Assembly: GCA_903839895.1 (NCBI GenBank)
Contig: CAIMDW010000005.1
Location: 1 to 33,103, forward strand
Source of the DNA: Candidatus Staskawiczbacteria bacterium
GTDB lineage: Bacteria; Patescibacteriota; Minisyncoccia; Minisyncoccales; Staskawiczbacteraceae
Direction of reading: 5' to 3'
DNA: 33,103 nt
The number at the start of each line of letters is the position of its first letter. Positions within the stretch are counted from its first letter, which is position 1. Shown here piece after piece: positions 1 to 8,887 of the stretch. A program made the translations under genes and the position numbers. The notes beneath the pieces are model-generated. The model saw only the letters and a list, made by a program, of their open reading frames with translations, did not search any database and was not told the origin of the DNA.

Positions 1-87
1 GTTGCTCTTATGAATTTGGCGAAGAAAAAAGTCAAAAAAGTTTTTGGCGTAAGTCTTGAAACCGAGGTTCAATTTGTCGGGTTTTAA
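1..87 (+). CDS. C-terminal fragment of an upstream gene, MurB-like (UDP-N-acetylenolpyruvoylglucosamine reductase) ending; partial at window edge
   Basis: Frame 1 reads VALMNLAKKKVKKVFGVSLETEVQFVGF then TAA at 85-87. The FG-x-x-LE-x-EV-x-x-x-G ending resembles MurB C-termini. Only 28 codons are visible, so the call is weak. Confidence 0.35.
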   Translation, partial: VALMNLAKKKVKKVFGVSLETEVQFVGF

Positions 88-108
88 TATTAATTTCGTA
101 TTAGCATT

Positions 109-489
109 ATGAAAATCATTATAAAAACAAAAAATTTTGACAATACCGCGGATATTGAAAAATTTGTAGAAAAAAAATTTTTAACTCTAAAAAAATTTAT
201 AAGCATCCTTAAAAAAGATACTCCTGAAAATCTTAAAACTTTGGCAGAAGTTTTTATTGAAATGGATAAGGAGGGCAATCACCATAAGAAAGGAGATATT
301 TTTTCTGTCAAAGCGCAAATTATTCTGCCTGGGAAAAATCTAACAGTTTCTTCAAACGGAGATACATTATTTAAGGCAATTGTGAAAACTAGGGATGAGA
401 TGAAAACAGAAATTGAAAAGTATAAATTCAAAAAAATTGATAAAAATCGCAGGCCGCAGATGAAAAAAGAAAAAAATATTTCAAAATAA
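109..489 (+). CDS. hpf: ribosome hibernation promoting factor / ribosome-associated inhibitor (HPF/RaiA family)
   Basis: 126 aa. MKIIIKTKNFDNTADIEKFVEKK...FSVKAQIILPGKNLTVSSNGDTLFKAIVKTRDEMKTEIEKYK fits the HPF/YfiA pattern, with a basic C-terminal tail. Confidence 0.8.
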   Translation: MKIIIKTKNFDNTADIEKFVEKKFLTLKKFISILKKDTPENLKTLAEVFIEMDKEGNHHKKGDIFSVKAQIILPGKNLTVSSNGDTLFKAIVKTRDEMKTEIEKYKFKKIDKNRRPQMKKEKNISK

Positions 490-554
490 TTCAATTCACA
501 TATTGACATTAATTTTTAATAATATAAAGTTAAAATAAAATTTAAAAAAAATAA

Positions 555-1220
555 ATGGTACCATCAAAAATGTTTTTTACGAAAGGTGTAGGTATTGCAA
601 AAGAGCAACTCATGTCTTTCGAAATGGCTTTGAGGAATGCGGGCATTGAAAAATTTAACTTAGTTACAGTTTCTTCAATCATGCCTCCTGGATGCCAAAA
701 AATAACCAAAGAAAAAGGCTTGGAAATGTTGAATCCGGGCGAAATTGTTTTTTGCGTTATGGCTCGTAATGCAACGAATGAGCCAAATAGATTAATTGCT
801 GCTTCTGTGGGTTGCGCAGTCCCGACTGATAATACTCAGCAGTACGGCTATCTTTCAGAACACCATCCTTTTGGTGAGACGGATGAAAAAACTGGAGATG
901 TGGCAGAAGATTTGGCGGCCACGATGCTGGCTACAACTCTAGGAATAGAGTTTAATCCAGAAAGCGCATGGGATGAAAGGGAAGAAACTTATAAAGCTTC
1001 TGGAAAAATCATACGCACGACAAATGTGACTCAATCTGCCCAGGGGAATAAAGACGGCTTATGGACTACTGTGGTTTCGGTTGCAGTATTCTGCAAATTT
1101 GAAACTCCAGTTCCTAATTTTGAACAAAATGCTTCCGTTGAAAACCAATCAGTTGTGGCTATCCCGGAAATTACTCCGGTGCCGGAAATAAATTCTGCGC
1201 CAGTTTTAGAAGTCAAATAA
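555..1220 (+). CDS. pdaD: pyruvoyl-dependent arginine decarboxylase (PdaD family)
   Basis: N-terminus [13 protein letters not shown]...[26 protein letters not shown] is the PdaD signature, including the Ser-Ser self-processing context. There is an extra low-complexity C-terminal tail. Confidence 0.85.
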   Translation: MVPSKMFFTKGVGIAKEQLMSFEMALRNAGIEKFNLVTVSSIMPPGCQKITKEKGLEMLNPGEIVFCVMARNATNEPNRLIAASVGCAVPTDNTQQYGYLSEHHPFGETDEKTGDVAEDLAATMLATTLGIEFNPESAWDEREETYKASGKIIRTTNVTQSAQGNKDGLWTTVVSVAVFCKFETPVPNFEQNASVENQSVVAIPEITPVPEINSAPVLEVK

Positions 1221-1232
1221 AATTTTAAACAA

Positions 1233-2294
1233 ATGGCAGAAAAAAATAAACCTATCCGCGATTTAAAGCATACAGGTTTTTCCGACAGCTTAGAGCCTTT
1301 GGAGTCTTTGGATTTATCGAAAATAAAATCGGTTGATGATTTGGTCCGAGCTATGAGTAAGACTGCTTTTGCGGGCAGAAGCTTGGGTGAAGCGGCCGAT
1401 ATATTGGAAGCTATGGTACGCGATAAAGATTGTTTTGTTGTTTTAACTCTTTCTGGAGCTATGACTGTCGCTAAGATGGGTCTTTTGATTTGCGACATGA
1501 TAGATAAGGGGATGGTAAACGCAGTTGTTTCGACCGGAGCTTTGATGACACATGGCATGGTGGAGGGTTTTGGAATGACGCATTTTAAGCACAACCCTTC
1601 AATGCCGGATGAAAAACTTTTTTCTTGCGGATATAATCGAGTTTATGATACTATTGAGCTTGAAAAAAATCTTGATGACTTGGAACTGATTCTTTTTGAA
1701 ATTTTCAAAAAAATGGATCTTGAGAAAAGTTATGGAAGTTATGAAATTTTAAGCGAAGTTGGAAATTACTTGAAAGAAACAGTCGGCAATAAGCGGGCGA
1801 TCTTAAAAAGCGCATATGAAAAAAAAGTGCCCGTATTTATACCGGCTTTCACTGATTCAGAATTTTATCTCGATCTTGCAATTTTCAATCGCAAGCAAAA
1901 ATTAATAAACAAGCCGATTCTCAGGACAAGCGAATATGATGATTTGGAACATTTTGCTGAAACAATTAAAAAGCAGAAAAGAATAGGCATATTTACAATA
2001 GGAGGAGGCGTGCCCAGGAATTGGGCGCAGCAAGTGGCGCCATATTTGGATATTGTCGACAAGCGCGTAGGTCAAGGAGGAGGGCATATCCGATATAGCT
2101 ACGGCGTGCGCATTTGTCCCGAACCTGTGCATTGGGGCGGACTTTCGGGGTGCACATACTCTGAAGGCGTTTCTTGGGGGAAAATGGTACCGCCTGAAGA
2201 AGGCGGACGTTATGCTGAAGTCATTGCTGACGCCACCATAGCTTGGCCGATTATCTTAAAGGCAGTGATGGAAAGACTGGATAAAAAAAAGTAA
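1233..2294 (+). CDS. deoxyhypusine synthase-like protein (DHS family, NAD-dependent aminobutyl transferase)
   Basis: 353 aa with DHS-type motifs: TLSGAMTVAKMG, VSTGALMTHG, FTIGGGVPRNW, ICPEPVHWGGLSGCTYSEGVSWGK. Confidence 0.8.
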   Translation: MAEKNKPIRDLKHTGFSDSLEPLESLDLSKIKSVDDLVRAMSKTAFAGRSLGEAADILEAMVRDKDCFVVLTLSGAMTVAKMGLLICDMIDKGMVNAVVSTGALMTHGMVEGFGMTHFKHNPSMPDEKLFSCGYNRVYDTIELEKNLDDLELILFEIFKKMDLEKSYGSYEILSEVGNYLKETVGNKRAILKSAYEKKVPVFIPAFTDSEFYLDLAIFNRKQKLINKPILRTSEYDDLEHFAETIKKQKRIGIFTIGGGVPRNWAQQVAPYLDIVDKRVGQGGGHIRYSYGVRICPEPVHWGGLSGCTYSEGVSWGKMVPPEEGGRYAEVIADATIAWPIILKAVMERLDKKK

Positions 2295-2298
2295 AATA

Positions 2299-3171
2299 AT
2301 GAAAAATTTTCTCGACATATCTTCGCAATACTCTGATTTTGAAAATTCCAAAGCTGTTGTCATTTCTTTTCCATTTGAAAAATCCACGACATTCGGCAAG
2401 GGGACTAGATTGGGTCCCAAAGCAATAATTTCAGCTTCTGGGCAAGTTGAATTATTTGATGAGGAATTGGAGAGAGAGGCATACAAAGAGATCGGTGTAG
2501 CCACTCTGCCTCAAATTATGCCGGGCAAAACAAAAGCAAAATTATTCGATCCTTTGGTAAAAAAAGTGGGCGAGGTTGTTTCAAAAGGGAAATTTCCAAT
2601 AATTTTAGGAGGAGAGCATACTATCAGTATCGGCGGAGTTTTAGGGGTTGCGGAAAGTTATAAGACATTTTCAGTGTTGCATTTTGATGCGCATGCCGAT
2701 TTGCGCGACAGCTATGAAGGCAATAAGTTTTCGCATGCCTCAGCTATGCGAAGAGTTTTAGAAATACAAAATGTCAAAAATTTGGTTTCCGTAGGGATAA
2801 GGAATATCAGCAATGAAAAAAGCGAGGGAAGCGAGTTTGATTTTTACAAAAAAAATCAAAATAAGATAAAGATATTTTGGGCGAAAGACAAGGAAAAATG
2901 GAACTTAGATGAATTATTATATACTTTAGATGAGAATGTTTATCTTACCTTTGATGTGGATGCGTTTGATCCTTCAATTATGCCTTCAACCGGCACGCCG
3001 GAGCCCGGAGGTCTTGGATGGTATGAAACTTTGAAAATTATAAGAAAAGTGGCTTCGCAGAAGAAAATAATTGGGGCAGATATCGTTGAACTTTGCCCGA
3101 TTCCCGGATTAATCGCTCCGGACTTTTTAGCCGCTAAGCTTGCCTATAAAATAATTAATTACGTATTGTAG
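2299..3171 (+). CDS. speB: agmatinase (arginase/ureohydrolase family)
   Basis: Mn-binding ureohydrolase motifs: GGEHTISIG, HFDAHADLRD, SHASAMRR, TFDVDAFDPSIMPSTGTPEPGG. Sits directly after pdaD and the DHS-like gene. Confidence 0.85.
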   Translation: MKNFLDISSQYSDFENSKAVVISFPFEKSTTFGKGTRLGPKAIISASGQVELFDEELEREAYKEIGVATLPQIMPGKTKAKLFDPLVKKVGEVVSKGKFPIILGGEHTISIGGVLGVAESYKTFSVLHFDAHADLRDSYEGNKFSHASAMRRVLEIQNVKNLVSVGIRNISNEKSEGSEFDFYKKNQNKIKIFWAKDKEKWNLDELLYTLDENVYLTFDVDAFDPSIMPSTGTPEPGGLGWYETLKIIRKVASQKKIIGADIVELCPIPGLIAPDFLAAKLAYKIINYVL

Positions 3172-3174
3172 AAT

Positions 3175-3699
3175 ATGAATACTCAAACTAAGTCATTGCC
3201 AAAAGTATTAAGCTTTACCGAGTTTAAATCTTATATTTTTTCAGCAGCTTTTATTACAGCAGCCGTAGCAATTCCGGCAATTGCGCACCAGTTTAATTTG
3301 GCGGGTCCGGAATGGCTGCCAATACAATATTTCGTGCTTATTGCAGGTTATCTTTTGGGCTGGCAAGTCGGATTGGTCACGGGACTTTTCAGCGTCATTT
3401 TTAGCTTCGCTTTGACCCACATGCCTCCGGCAATGATTTTGCCTCAGGTTATATTGGAAATTGCCGTTTATGGATTGGCTATTGGAATTTTGCGCGAGAA
3501 AAAAATGAATATTTTTGTTTCGCTGGTTTCAGCCATGGTTTTGGGAAGGTTGGCAAGGATAGCTTATATTATGCTTTTCACAAAAATGAGCTTAACAGCT
3601 TTTATTACTGAAAGCTGGCAGGGAATAATCTTGCAGATAATCTTAATTCCGGCGGTCGTATTGCTTTCGCAAAAATATGTCTTTGAAAAAAGAGTTTAA
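3175..3699 (+). CDS. polytopic membrane protein, ECF-transporter S-component-like
   Basis: 174 aa with about 5 hydrophobic helices and no soluble domain. The resemblance to ECF substrate-capture subunits rests on size and topology only. Confidence 0.4.
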   Translation: MNTQTKSLPKVLSFTEFKSYIFSAAFITAAVAIPAIAHQFNLAGPEWLPIQYFVLIAGYLLGWQVGLVTGLFSVIFSFALTHMPPAMILPQVILEIAVYGLAIGILREKKMNIFVSLVSAMVLGRLARIAYIMLFTKMSLTAFITESWQGIILQIILIPAVVLLSQKYVFEKRV

Positions 3700-4075
3700 G
3701 AAATTTCTGGAGTCTGATTCAGAACTCCAAATTTTCAGCCAAGGAAAATTAATTTACGAATCTAAAGAGTCAGGAGTCCGAGGACTCCTTGATTTTTTGA
3801 ATAAAGATTGCACGCAATATCAGGATATTGTTGTATTTGATAAAATTGTCGGCAGGGCTGCGGCTTTCCTGATGATTCTTTCAAATGCCAAGGAAATTTA
3901 TGGCGATGCGGGAAGTGAAACTGCCGTAAAAGTTTTAGATGACTGGGGAATCAAATTTTATTTCGAAAAAACTTATCCGAATATCTTAAATAAAGACAAA
4001 ACAGATTTGTGCCCGATGGAAAAGCTTTCGGCTGGCAAAACTCCCGAAGAATTTTATAAGGCATTATCTCATTGA
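3677..4075 (+). CDS. DUF1893 (TM1506-like) domain protein
   Basis: 132 aa. GVRGLLDF...VVFDKIVGRAAAFLM...AGSETAVKVLDDWGI...CPMEKL resembles the TM1506/DUF1893 family. Overlaps the preceding membrane gene by 23 nt. Confidence 0.5.
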   Translation: MSLKKEFKKFLESDSELQIFSQGKLIYESKESGVRGLLDFLNKDCTQYQDIVVFDKIVGRAAAFLMILSNAKEIYGDAGSETAVKVLDDWGIKFYFEKTYPNILNKDKTDLCPMEKLSAGKTPEEFYKALSH

Positions 4076-4091
4076 AATAATGCCTTTTTTC
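4058..4091 (+). terminator. rho-independent terminator-like hairpin enclosing the stop codon of the DUF1893 gene
   Basis: aaggcattat (4058-4067) pairs with ataatgcctt (4077-4086), followed by a T-run. A TATAAT lies at 4093-4098, just before secA. Confidence 0.5.
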
Positions 4092-4106
4092 GTATAATCT
4101 ATATAT

Positions 4107-6557
4107 ATGAGCATACTATCAAAAATATTTGGAGACCCCAACGAGAAATTTGTCAAAAGCCTGGATTCAGTTGTTCAGAAAATAAATTCGTTTGAATCTG
4201 AATTTCAAAATCTTTCTGCAGACCAATTGAAAGAAAAAACGAAAGAGTTCAAGCAAAGAATCGCTGACGGGGAAACGCTTGATGAAATTATGCCAGAGGC
4301 TTTTGCGCTGGTCAGGGAAGCTGGAAAGCGAACTTTGGACCAGCGGCACTTTGACGCCCAAATGGTGGGAGGAATTATTTTGCATCAGGGAAAAATCGCT
4401 GAAATGCGCACTGGAGAAGGAAAGACTTTAACCGCCACTTTGCCGGCTTATTTGAATGCGCTGGAAGGCAAGGGCGTGCATATTGTGACTGTAAATGATT
4501 ATTTGGCAAAAAGGGATATGGTTTGGATGGGCCAAGTTTATGACGCCTTGGGACTTTCTACAGGATGCATCGTAAACGAGTCCGGCTATGTATATGACGA
4601 AGCATATAAAAATTCAGAAGAAGACAAAGAGAGGGATGCAATTGGAAGTTTTAAAATTGTGCAGGATTATTTAAAGCCGGTTTCGAGGAAAGAAGCTTAC
4701 GCAGCTGACATAACTTACGGGACCAACAATGAATTCGGATTTGATTATTTAAGAGACAATATGATTTATGATTTGTCGCAGGAAGCCCAGCGCGGATTCA
4801 ATTTTACTATTGTCGACGAAGTGGATTCTATTTTAATCGATGAAGCCAGGGTTCCTTTGATTATTTCCGGAGAAGCCGATGAATCTACAGAAAAATATTA
4901 TACTTTTGCGAAAGTTGTTTCGCCTTTGGAAAAGGGAATTGACTACGAATTGGATGAAAAAATGAAAGCAGTCTCTTTCACAGACCAGGGCCAAAACAAT
5001 TTGGTGAAACATCTGGGTTTTGACCCGTGGTTGGACAACGACATTATTACGACTCATCAGTTGGAGTCTGCCTTGAAAGCCAAAGCCTTATTTTTGAAAG
5101 ACCGCGATTACACTGTAAAAGGCGGAGAAATTTTGATTATTGATGAATTTACCGGCAGGATTTTGCCAGGACGTCGATGGTCTGGCGGATTACACCAGGC
5201 GGTTGAAGCAAAAGAAAATGTAATTGTGCGGCCCGAATCCGTAACAATGGCCACAATTACTTTCCAAAATTATTTTCGCATGTATAAGAAATTATCAGGC
5301 ATGACAGGAACCGCTTTGACTTCGGCTGAAGAATTCGACAAAGTTTATAAATTGGAAGTTGTGGCTATTCCGCCAAACAAGCCTACGGTAAGGAAGGATT
5401 TTGCTGATAAGGTCTATAAGTCTGAAAGCGGAAAATTTACAGCCTTAATAAAAGATATTGAAGAACTGAATAAAAAAGGCCAGCCTATTTTGGTTGGCAC
5501 AAGATCTGTAGAGCGGAATGAATATTTAGGAAAGTTGCTTGAAATAAAAGGCATCCCGCACAATATTTTGAATGCTAAAAACCATGAAAGAGAAGGAGAA
5601 ATAATTGCTCAAGCAGGTAAAAAGGGAGCTGTAACTATTGCTACAAATATGGCAGGGCGCGGAGTGGATATTATTTTGGGCGGAAATCCCGCAACAAAAG
5701 AAAGCGCAGAAGAAGTTAAAAATTTGGGCGGCCTTCACGTGATTGGAACAGAAAGGCATGACGCAAGAAGAATCGACAATCAGCTGCGCGGAAGGTCGGG
5801 CAGGCAGGGAGATCCGGGAAGTACTCAATTTTTTGTGTCTTTAGAGGACGATTTGATGCGCATTTTCGGCGGAGATAAAATAAAGAATCTGATGACCGCT
5901 TTGAAAATGCCGGAAGATGAACCGATACAGGCTGGAATAGTTTCCGGGGCAATTGAAAACGCCCAACAGAAAATTGAAGGTTTTAATTTTGACGCCAGGC
6001 ATCATTTATTGGAATATGATGATGTTTTAAACAAGCACAGGGAAATCGTATATAAAAGAAGAAAAGAAGTTTTGGAGAGCCAGGATTTAAAAGAGAAAAT
6101 TTTGGAAATTTTTAAAAAAGCCGGTTTGACAGAAGAAGACTACGATAAAAAAGAAAAAGAAGCGGGAGTCGAAAATATGAGGCAGATGGAAAAAATTATA
6201 AGCCTGCGGATTTTGGATATGCTTTGGCAGGAACATTTGTCATATATGGACCATATCCGTGATTCTGTAAAACTTAGGGCTTTTGGAGGGAGAGATCCTC
6301 TGGTAGAATATAAGAATGAAGGGCATAAAGCATTCGGGCAGCTTCTGGCAACTATTGATGCCAATATTGCAGATAATATAATGAAAGCCGGAATTCAAGC
6401 AAGCGCTCAACCGGCCAGGCAATCGCACGCCGTTGAATCTGGAAAAAAAGAAATTGGGAGAAATGACGAATGCCCGTGCGGTTCTGGTAAAAAATGGAAA
6501 AAGTGCGGAATGTTGAATACCCAAGAGCATCAAAAATTAACGAAGGAAAAGAAATAG
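4107..6557 (+). CDS. secA: preprotein translocase ATPase SecA
   Basis: 816 aa. Motifs: MRTGEGKTLTATLPAYLNAL, VTVNDYLAKRD, DEVDSILIDEARVPLIISG, TNMAGRGVDI, and the C-terminal zinc motif CPCGSGKKWKKCG. Confidence 0.97.
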   Translation: MSILSKIFGDPNEKFVKSLDSVVQKINSFESEFQNLSADQLKEKTKEFKQRIADGETLDEIMPEAFALVREAGKRTLDQRHFDAQMVGGIILHQGKIAEMRTGEGKTLTATLPAYLNALEGKGVHIVTVNDYLAKRDMVWMGQVYDALGLSTGCIVNESGYVYDEAYKNSEEDKERDAIGSFKIVQDYLKPVSRKEAYAADITYGTNNEFGFDYLRDNMIYDLSQEAQRGFNFTIVDEVDSILIDEARVPLIISGEADESTEKYYTFAKVVSPLEKGIDYELDEKMKAVSFTDQGQNNLVKHLGFDPWLDNDIITTHQLESALKAKALFLKDRDYTVKGGEILIIDEFTGRILPGRRWSGGLHQAVEAKENVIVRPESVTMATITFQNYFRMYKKLSGMTGTALTSAEEFDKVYKLEVVAIPPNKPTVRKDFADKVYKSESGKFTALIKDIEELNKKGQPILVGTRSVERNEYLGKLLEIKGIPHNILNAKNHEREGEIIAQAGKKGAVTIATNMAGRGVDIILGGNPATKESAEEVKNLGGLHVIGTERHDARRIDNQLRGRSGRQGDPGSTQFFVSLEDDLMRIFGGDKIKNLMTALKMPEDEPIQAGIVSGAIENAQQKIEGFNFDARHHLLEYDDVLNKHREIVYKRRKEVLESQDLKEKILEIFKKAGLTEEDYDKKEKEAGVENMRQMEKIISLRILDMLWQEHLSYMDHIRDSVKLRAFGGRDPLVEYKNEGHKAFGQLLATIDANIADNIMKAGIQASAQPARQSHAVESGKKEIGRNDECPCGSGKKWKKCGMLNTQEHQKLTKEKK

Positions 6558-6620
6558 GAAATAGGTTTCAACAAACGGTGGCATAAGATTATTCGAGGCG
6601 GTTAAAGTTTCGGAAAAATT

Positions 6621-7493
6621 ATGAAAATTAAAACAATCGCGATATTTGTTTTGATTGTTGCGGCATTCGCCGCCGGCTTATTGCTTAAAGAGCACTTTTT
6701 TGAGTTTTACGACAGCTTGAACAAACAAGTTGCGGAAATGCAAAAAATAAACATTGGTTCAGTTATTTCAAAAGTTGGAAAGCAAATGCTCACTCCGCCG
6801 CCTCTGCAGGTGCTGGGGGCGGAGAAACAAGTTGATTTGCTCAAGAGTCAGATAATTTTGCAGACGAATGTCCAAAGGCATCAAAATGGGAGTCTGCCAG
6901 CTTTAATAGAGAATAAACGACTTGATGAGGCGGCTTCGGCCAAGGCCAGCGATATGTTTGAAAAGCAATATTTTGAGCATATTTCGCCCTTGGGGCTTGA
7001 TCCTGGAAAATTAGTCCAGAATCATGGATATGAATTCATAGTGGCGGGTGAGAATTTAATCTTAGGGAATTTTTCCTCAGAGGAAGAAGTTGTCGATGAT
7101 TGGATGGCCAGTTCGGGTCATAGGGCAAATATTTTAAATAATAGATATACGGAAATTGGGGTGGCAATTGTTAAAGGCACTTACCAGGGCCAAACTGTCT
7201 GGATGGGAGTGCAGGAATTCGGCTTTCCGCTGTCAGCCTGTCCTTCACCAGACAATATTTTAAAAAATACCATAGATTCAGACAAGCAACAGTTAGACTT
7301 TTTATATTCAGAGCTTGGCACAAATAAAAAACAAATTGACAGTTTAGACCAAACTTCACCGACTTACAGTCAAATGGCGGACGATTATAATAAATTGGTA
7401 GCGCAGTATGAAGCTTTGTCGAGCGACACGAAAAAAATTATTTCAAATTATAACAATCAAGTTAGTATTTTTAACAATTGCGTTTCAGAATAA
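6621..7493 (+). CDS. secreted/membrane-anchored CAP (SCP/YkwD-like) domain protein with coiled-coil tail
   Basis: N-terminal TM/signal segment IAIFVLIVAAFAAGLLL. CAP-like core: LDEAASAKASDM...GENLILG...VDDWMASSGHRANILNNRYTEIGVA. Confidence 0.65.
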   Translation: MKIKTIAIFVLIVAAFAAGLLLKEHFFEFYDSLNKQVAEMQKINIGSVISKVGKQMLTPPPLQVLGAEKQVDLLKSQIILQTNVQRHQNGSLPALIENKRLDEAASAKASDMFEKQYFEHISPLGLDPGKLVQNHGYEFIVAGENLILGNFSSEEEVVDDWMASSGHRANILNNRYTEIGVAIVKGTYQGQTVWMGVQEFGFPLSACPSPDNILKNTIDSDKQQLDFLYSELGTNKKQIDSLDQTSPTYSQMADDYNKLVAQYEALSSDTKKIISNYNNQVSIFNNCVSE

Positions 7494-7503
7494 TTTTTCA
7501 ATA

Positions 7504-7722
7504 ATGGAAATTAAAATAGGAAAATACAGGCATTTTAAAGGAGATTTGGTGGAAGTAATCGGCAAAGCTCTTCACAGTGAAAACTTAGAAGAGTTTGTGG
7601 TTTATAAGCACATCAATGGTAAGCACATCGGCCATTTATGGATAAGGCCTATAAAAATGTTTTTAGAAGAAGTTGAGCGAAACGGCAAAAAAATAAAAAG
7701 ATTTGAATATCTAGAAAAATAA
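7504..7722 (+). CDS. DUF1653 domain protein
   Basis: MEIKIGKYRHFKGDLVEVIGKALHSENLEEFVVYKH...WIRPIKMFLEEV is the DUF1653 pattern. I start at the ATG at 7504, not at 7408, which would overlap the CAP gene. Confidence 0.6.
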   Translation: MEIKIGKYRHFKGDLVEVIGKALHSENLEEFVVYKHINGKHIGHLWIRPIKMFLEEVERNGKKIKRFEYLEK

Positions 7723-7724
7723 TT

Positions 7725-8357
7725 ATGCTGGAAGAAATTAAAGAAAAAGCGAAAAAGTTTTTTGTTGGCGTGAATGCTTGTCATGAGTGGGAGCATACGG
7801 AAAGAGTCTGCAATTTGGCGATGCATATCGGCAAAAAAGAAAATGCGGATTTGGAAGTTTTAGGATTAGCGGCAATCTTGCACGACATTGGAAGGAAAGA
7901 CCAAGATGACTCAAATGGAAAAATCGACCATGCAGAAAGAGGTGCTTTTTTAGCAAAAGGAATTTTAGATAATTCTGGTTTACCGAAAGAAAAAATAGAT
8001 AATATTTTGCATTGCATAGAATCGCATAGGTTCAGAAACGACAAAATACCTCAAACGATTGAAGCAAAGATTTTATTTGATGCTGACAAAATAGATTCCA
8101 TTGGAGCTATTGGCGTTGGCAGGGACTTTTCTTTCGCTGGATATTTGGGAGCAAAAGTGCATGATAAAAATGTTAATTATGATGACACAGCGCAATATAC
8201 AATAGACGATACGGCGTATAGGGAGTATATGATAAAATTGAGGCATGTGAAAAATAAAATTTTAACTGATGAAGGTAAAAGAATCGCAGAAGACAGGCAT
8301 AATTTTATGGTAGATTTTTTTGAAAGATTGAATAAAGAAGTTGACGGAGAATTATAA
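7725..8357 (+). CDS. HD-domain metal-dependent phosphohydrolase
   Basis: EHTERVCNLA...LAAILHDIGR...LFDADKIDSIGAIG are HD superfamily motifs. Confidence 0.8.
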   Translation: MLEEIKEKAKKFFVGVNACHEWEHTERVCNLAMHIGKKENADLEVLGLAAILHDIGRKDQDDSNGKIDHAERGAFLAKGILDNSGLPKEKIDNILHCIESHRFRNDKIPQTIEAKILFDADKIDSIGAIGVGRDFSFAGYLGAKVHDKNVNYDDTAQYTIDDTAYREYMIKLRHVKNKILTDEGKRIAEDRHNFMVDFFERLNKEVDGEL

Positions 8358-8368
8358 TTTTACAAAAA

Positions 8369-8827
8369 ATGAAAATAGCAATTGTTTCAGACACGCATAA
8401 TAACTGGGCTAATTTCAAGAAGGCGATCGAGTGGATTAAGAAAGAAAATATCCAGGTGATTTTGCATTGCGGGGATATTTCCAGCCAGGAAATGATTGAT
8501 GACGCGCGAAAACTTTTTGGCGGGCAAATTAAATTTGTAAAAGGAAACGCGGATTTTAATTTGGATTTGCCGGAAAAAATGGAGTTGGAAATTGATAATA
8601 AAAAAATTGCTTTTGCGCATTTTCCCGATACTGCAAAAAAGTTGGCACAATCGGTAAAATTTGATATGGTTTTTTACGGCCATACACACAGGCCGTGGGA
8701 TGAGAAAGTTGGTAAAACCCACATGATAAATCCAGGAGAATTGGCAGGCCAATTTTACAAGCCGTCTTTTGCAGTTTACGAAACAGCTACGGGAAGCCTG
8801 GAACTTAAAATTTTGGAGAAGCTTTAA
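8369..8827 (+). CDS. metallophosphoesterase, YfcE/MJ0936 family
   Basis: MKIAIVSDTHNN...ILHCGDI...VKGNAD...FAHFPD...FYGHTHRPW...INPGE are calcineurin-like phosphoesterase motifs. Confidence 0.8.
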   Translation: MKIAIVSDTHNNWANFKKAIEWIKKENIQVILHCGDISSQEMIDDARKLFGGQIKFVKGNADFNLDLPEKMELEIDNKKIAFAHFPDTAKKLAQSVKFDMVFYGHTHRPWDEKVGKTHMINPGELAGQFYKPSFAVYETATGSLELKILEKL

Positions 8828-8887
8828 GCGGACGATTGACTATTTTGGCGAGTGGGGCTATAATTGTGCTATATTAAATTCAACAAA

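Noticed and set aside
1031-1594. 187-aa minus-strand ORF overlapping the pdaD end and the start of the DHS-like gene
   Set aside because: It is antisense to two well-supported genes, its composition is low-complexity and hydrophobic, and it has no motif. This is a typical shadow ORF in AT-rich DNA.
7408-7503. N-terminal extension of the DUF1653 ORF (start at 7408)
   Set aside because: It would overlap the CAP-domain gene by 86 nt, and the family-typical sequence begins at MEIKIGKYRHFKG (7504).
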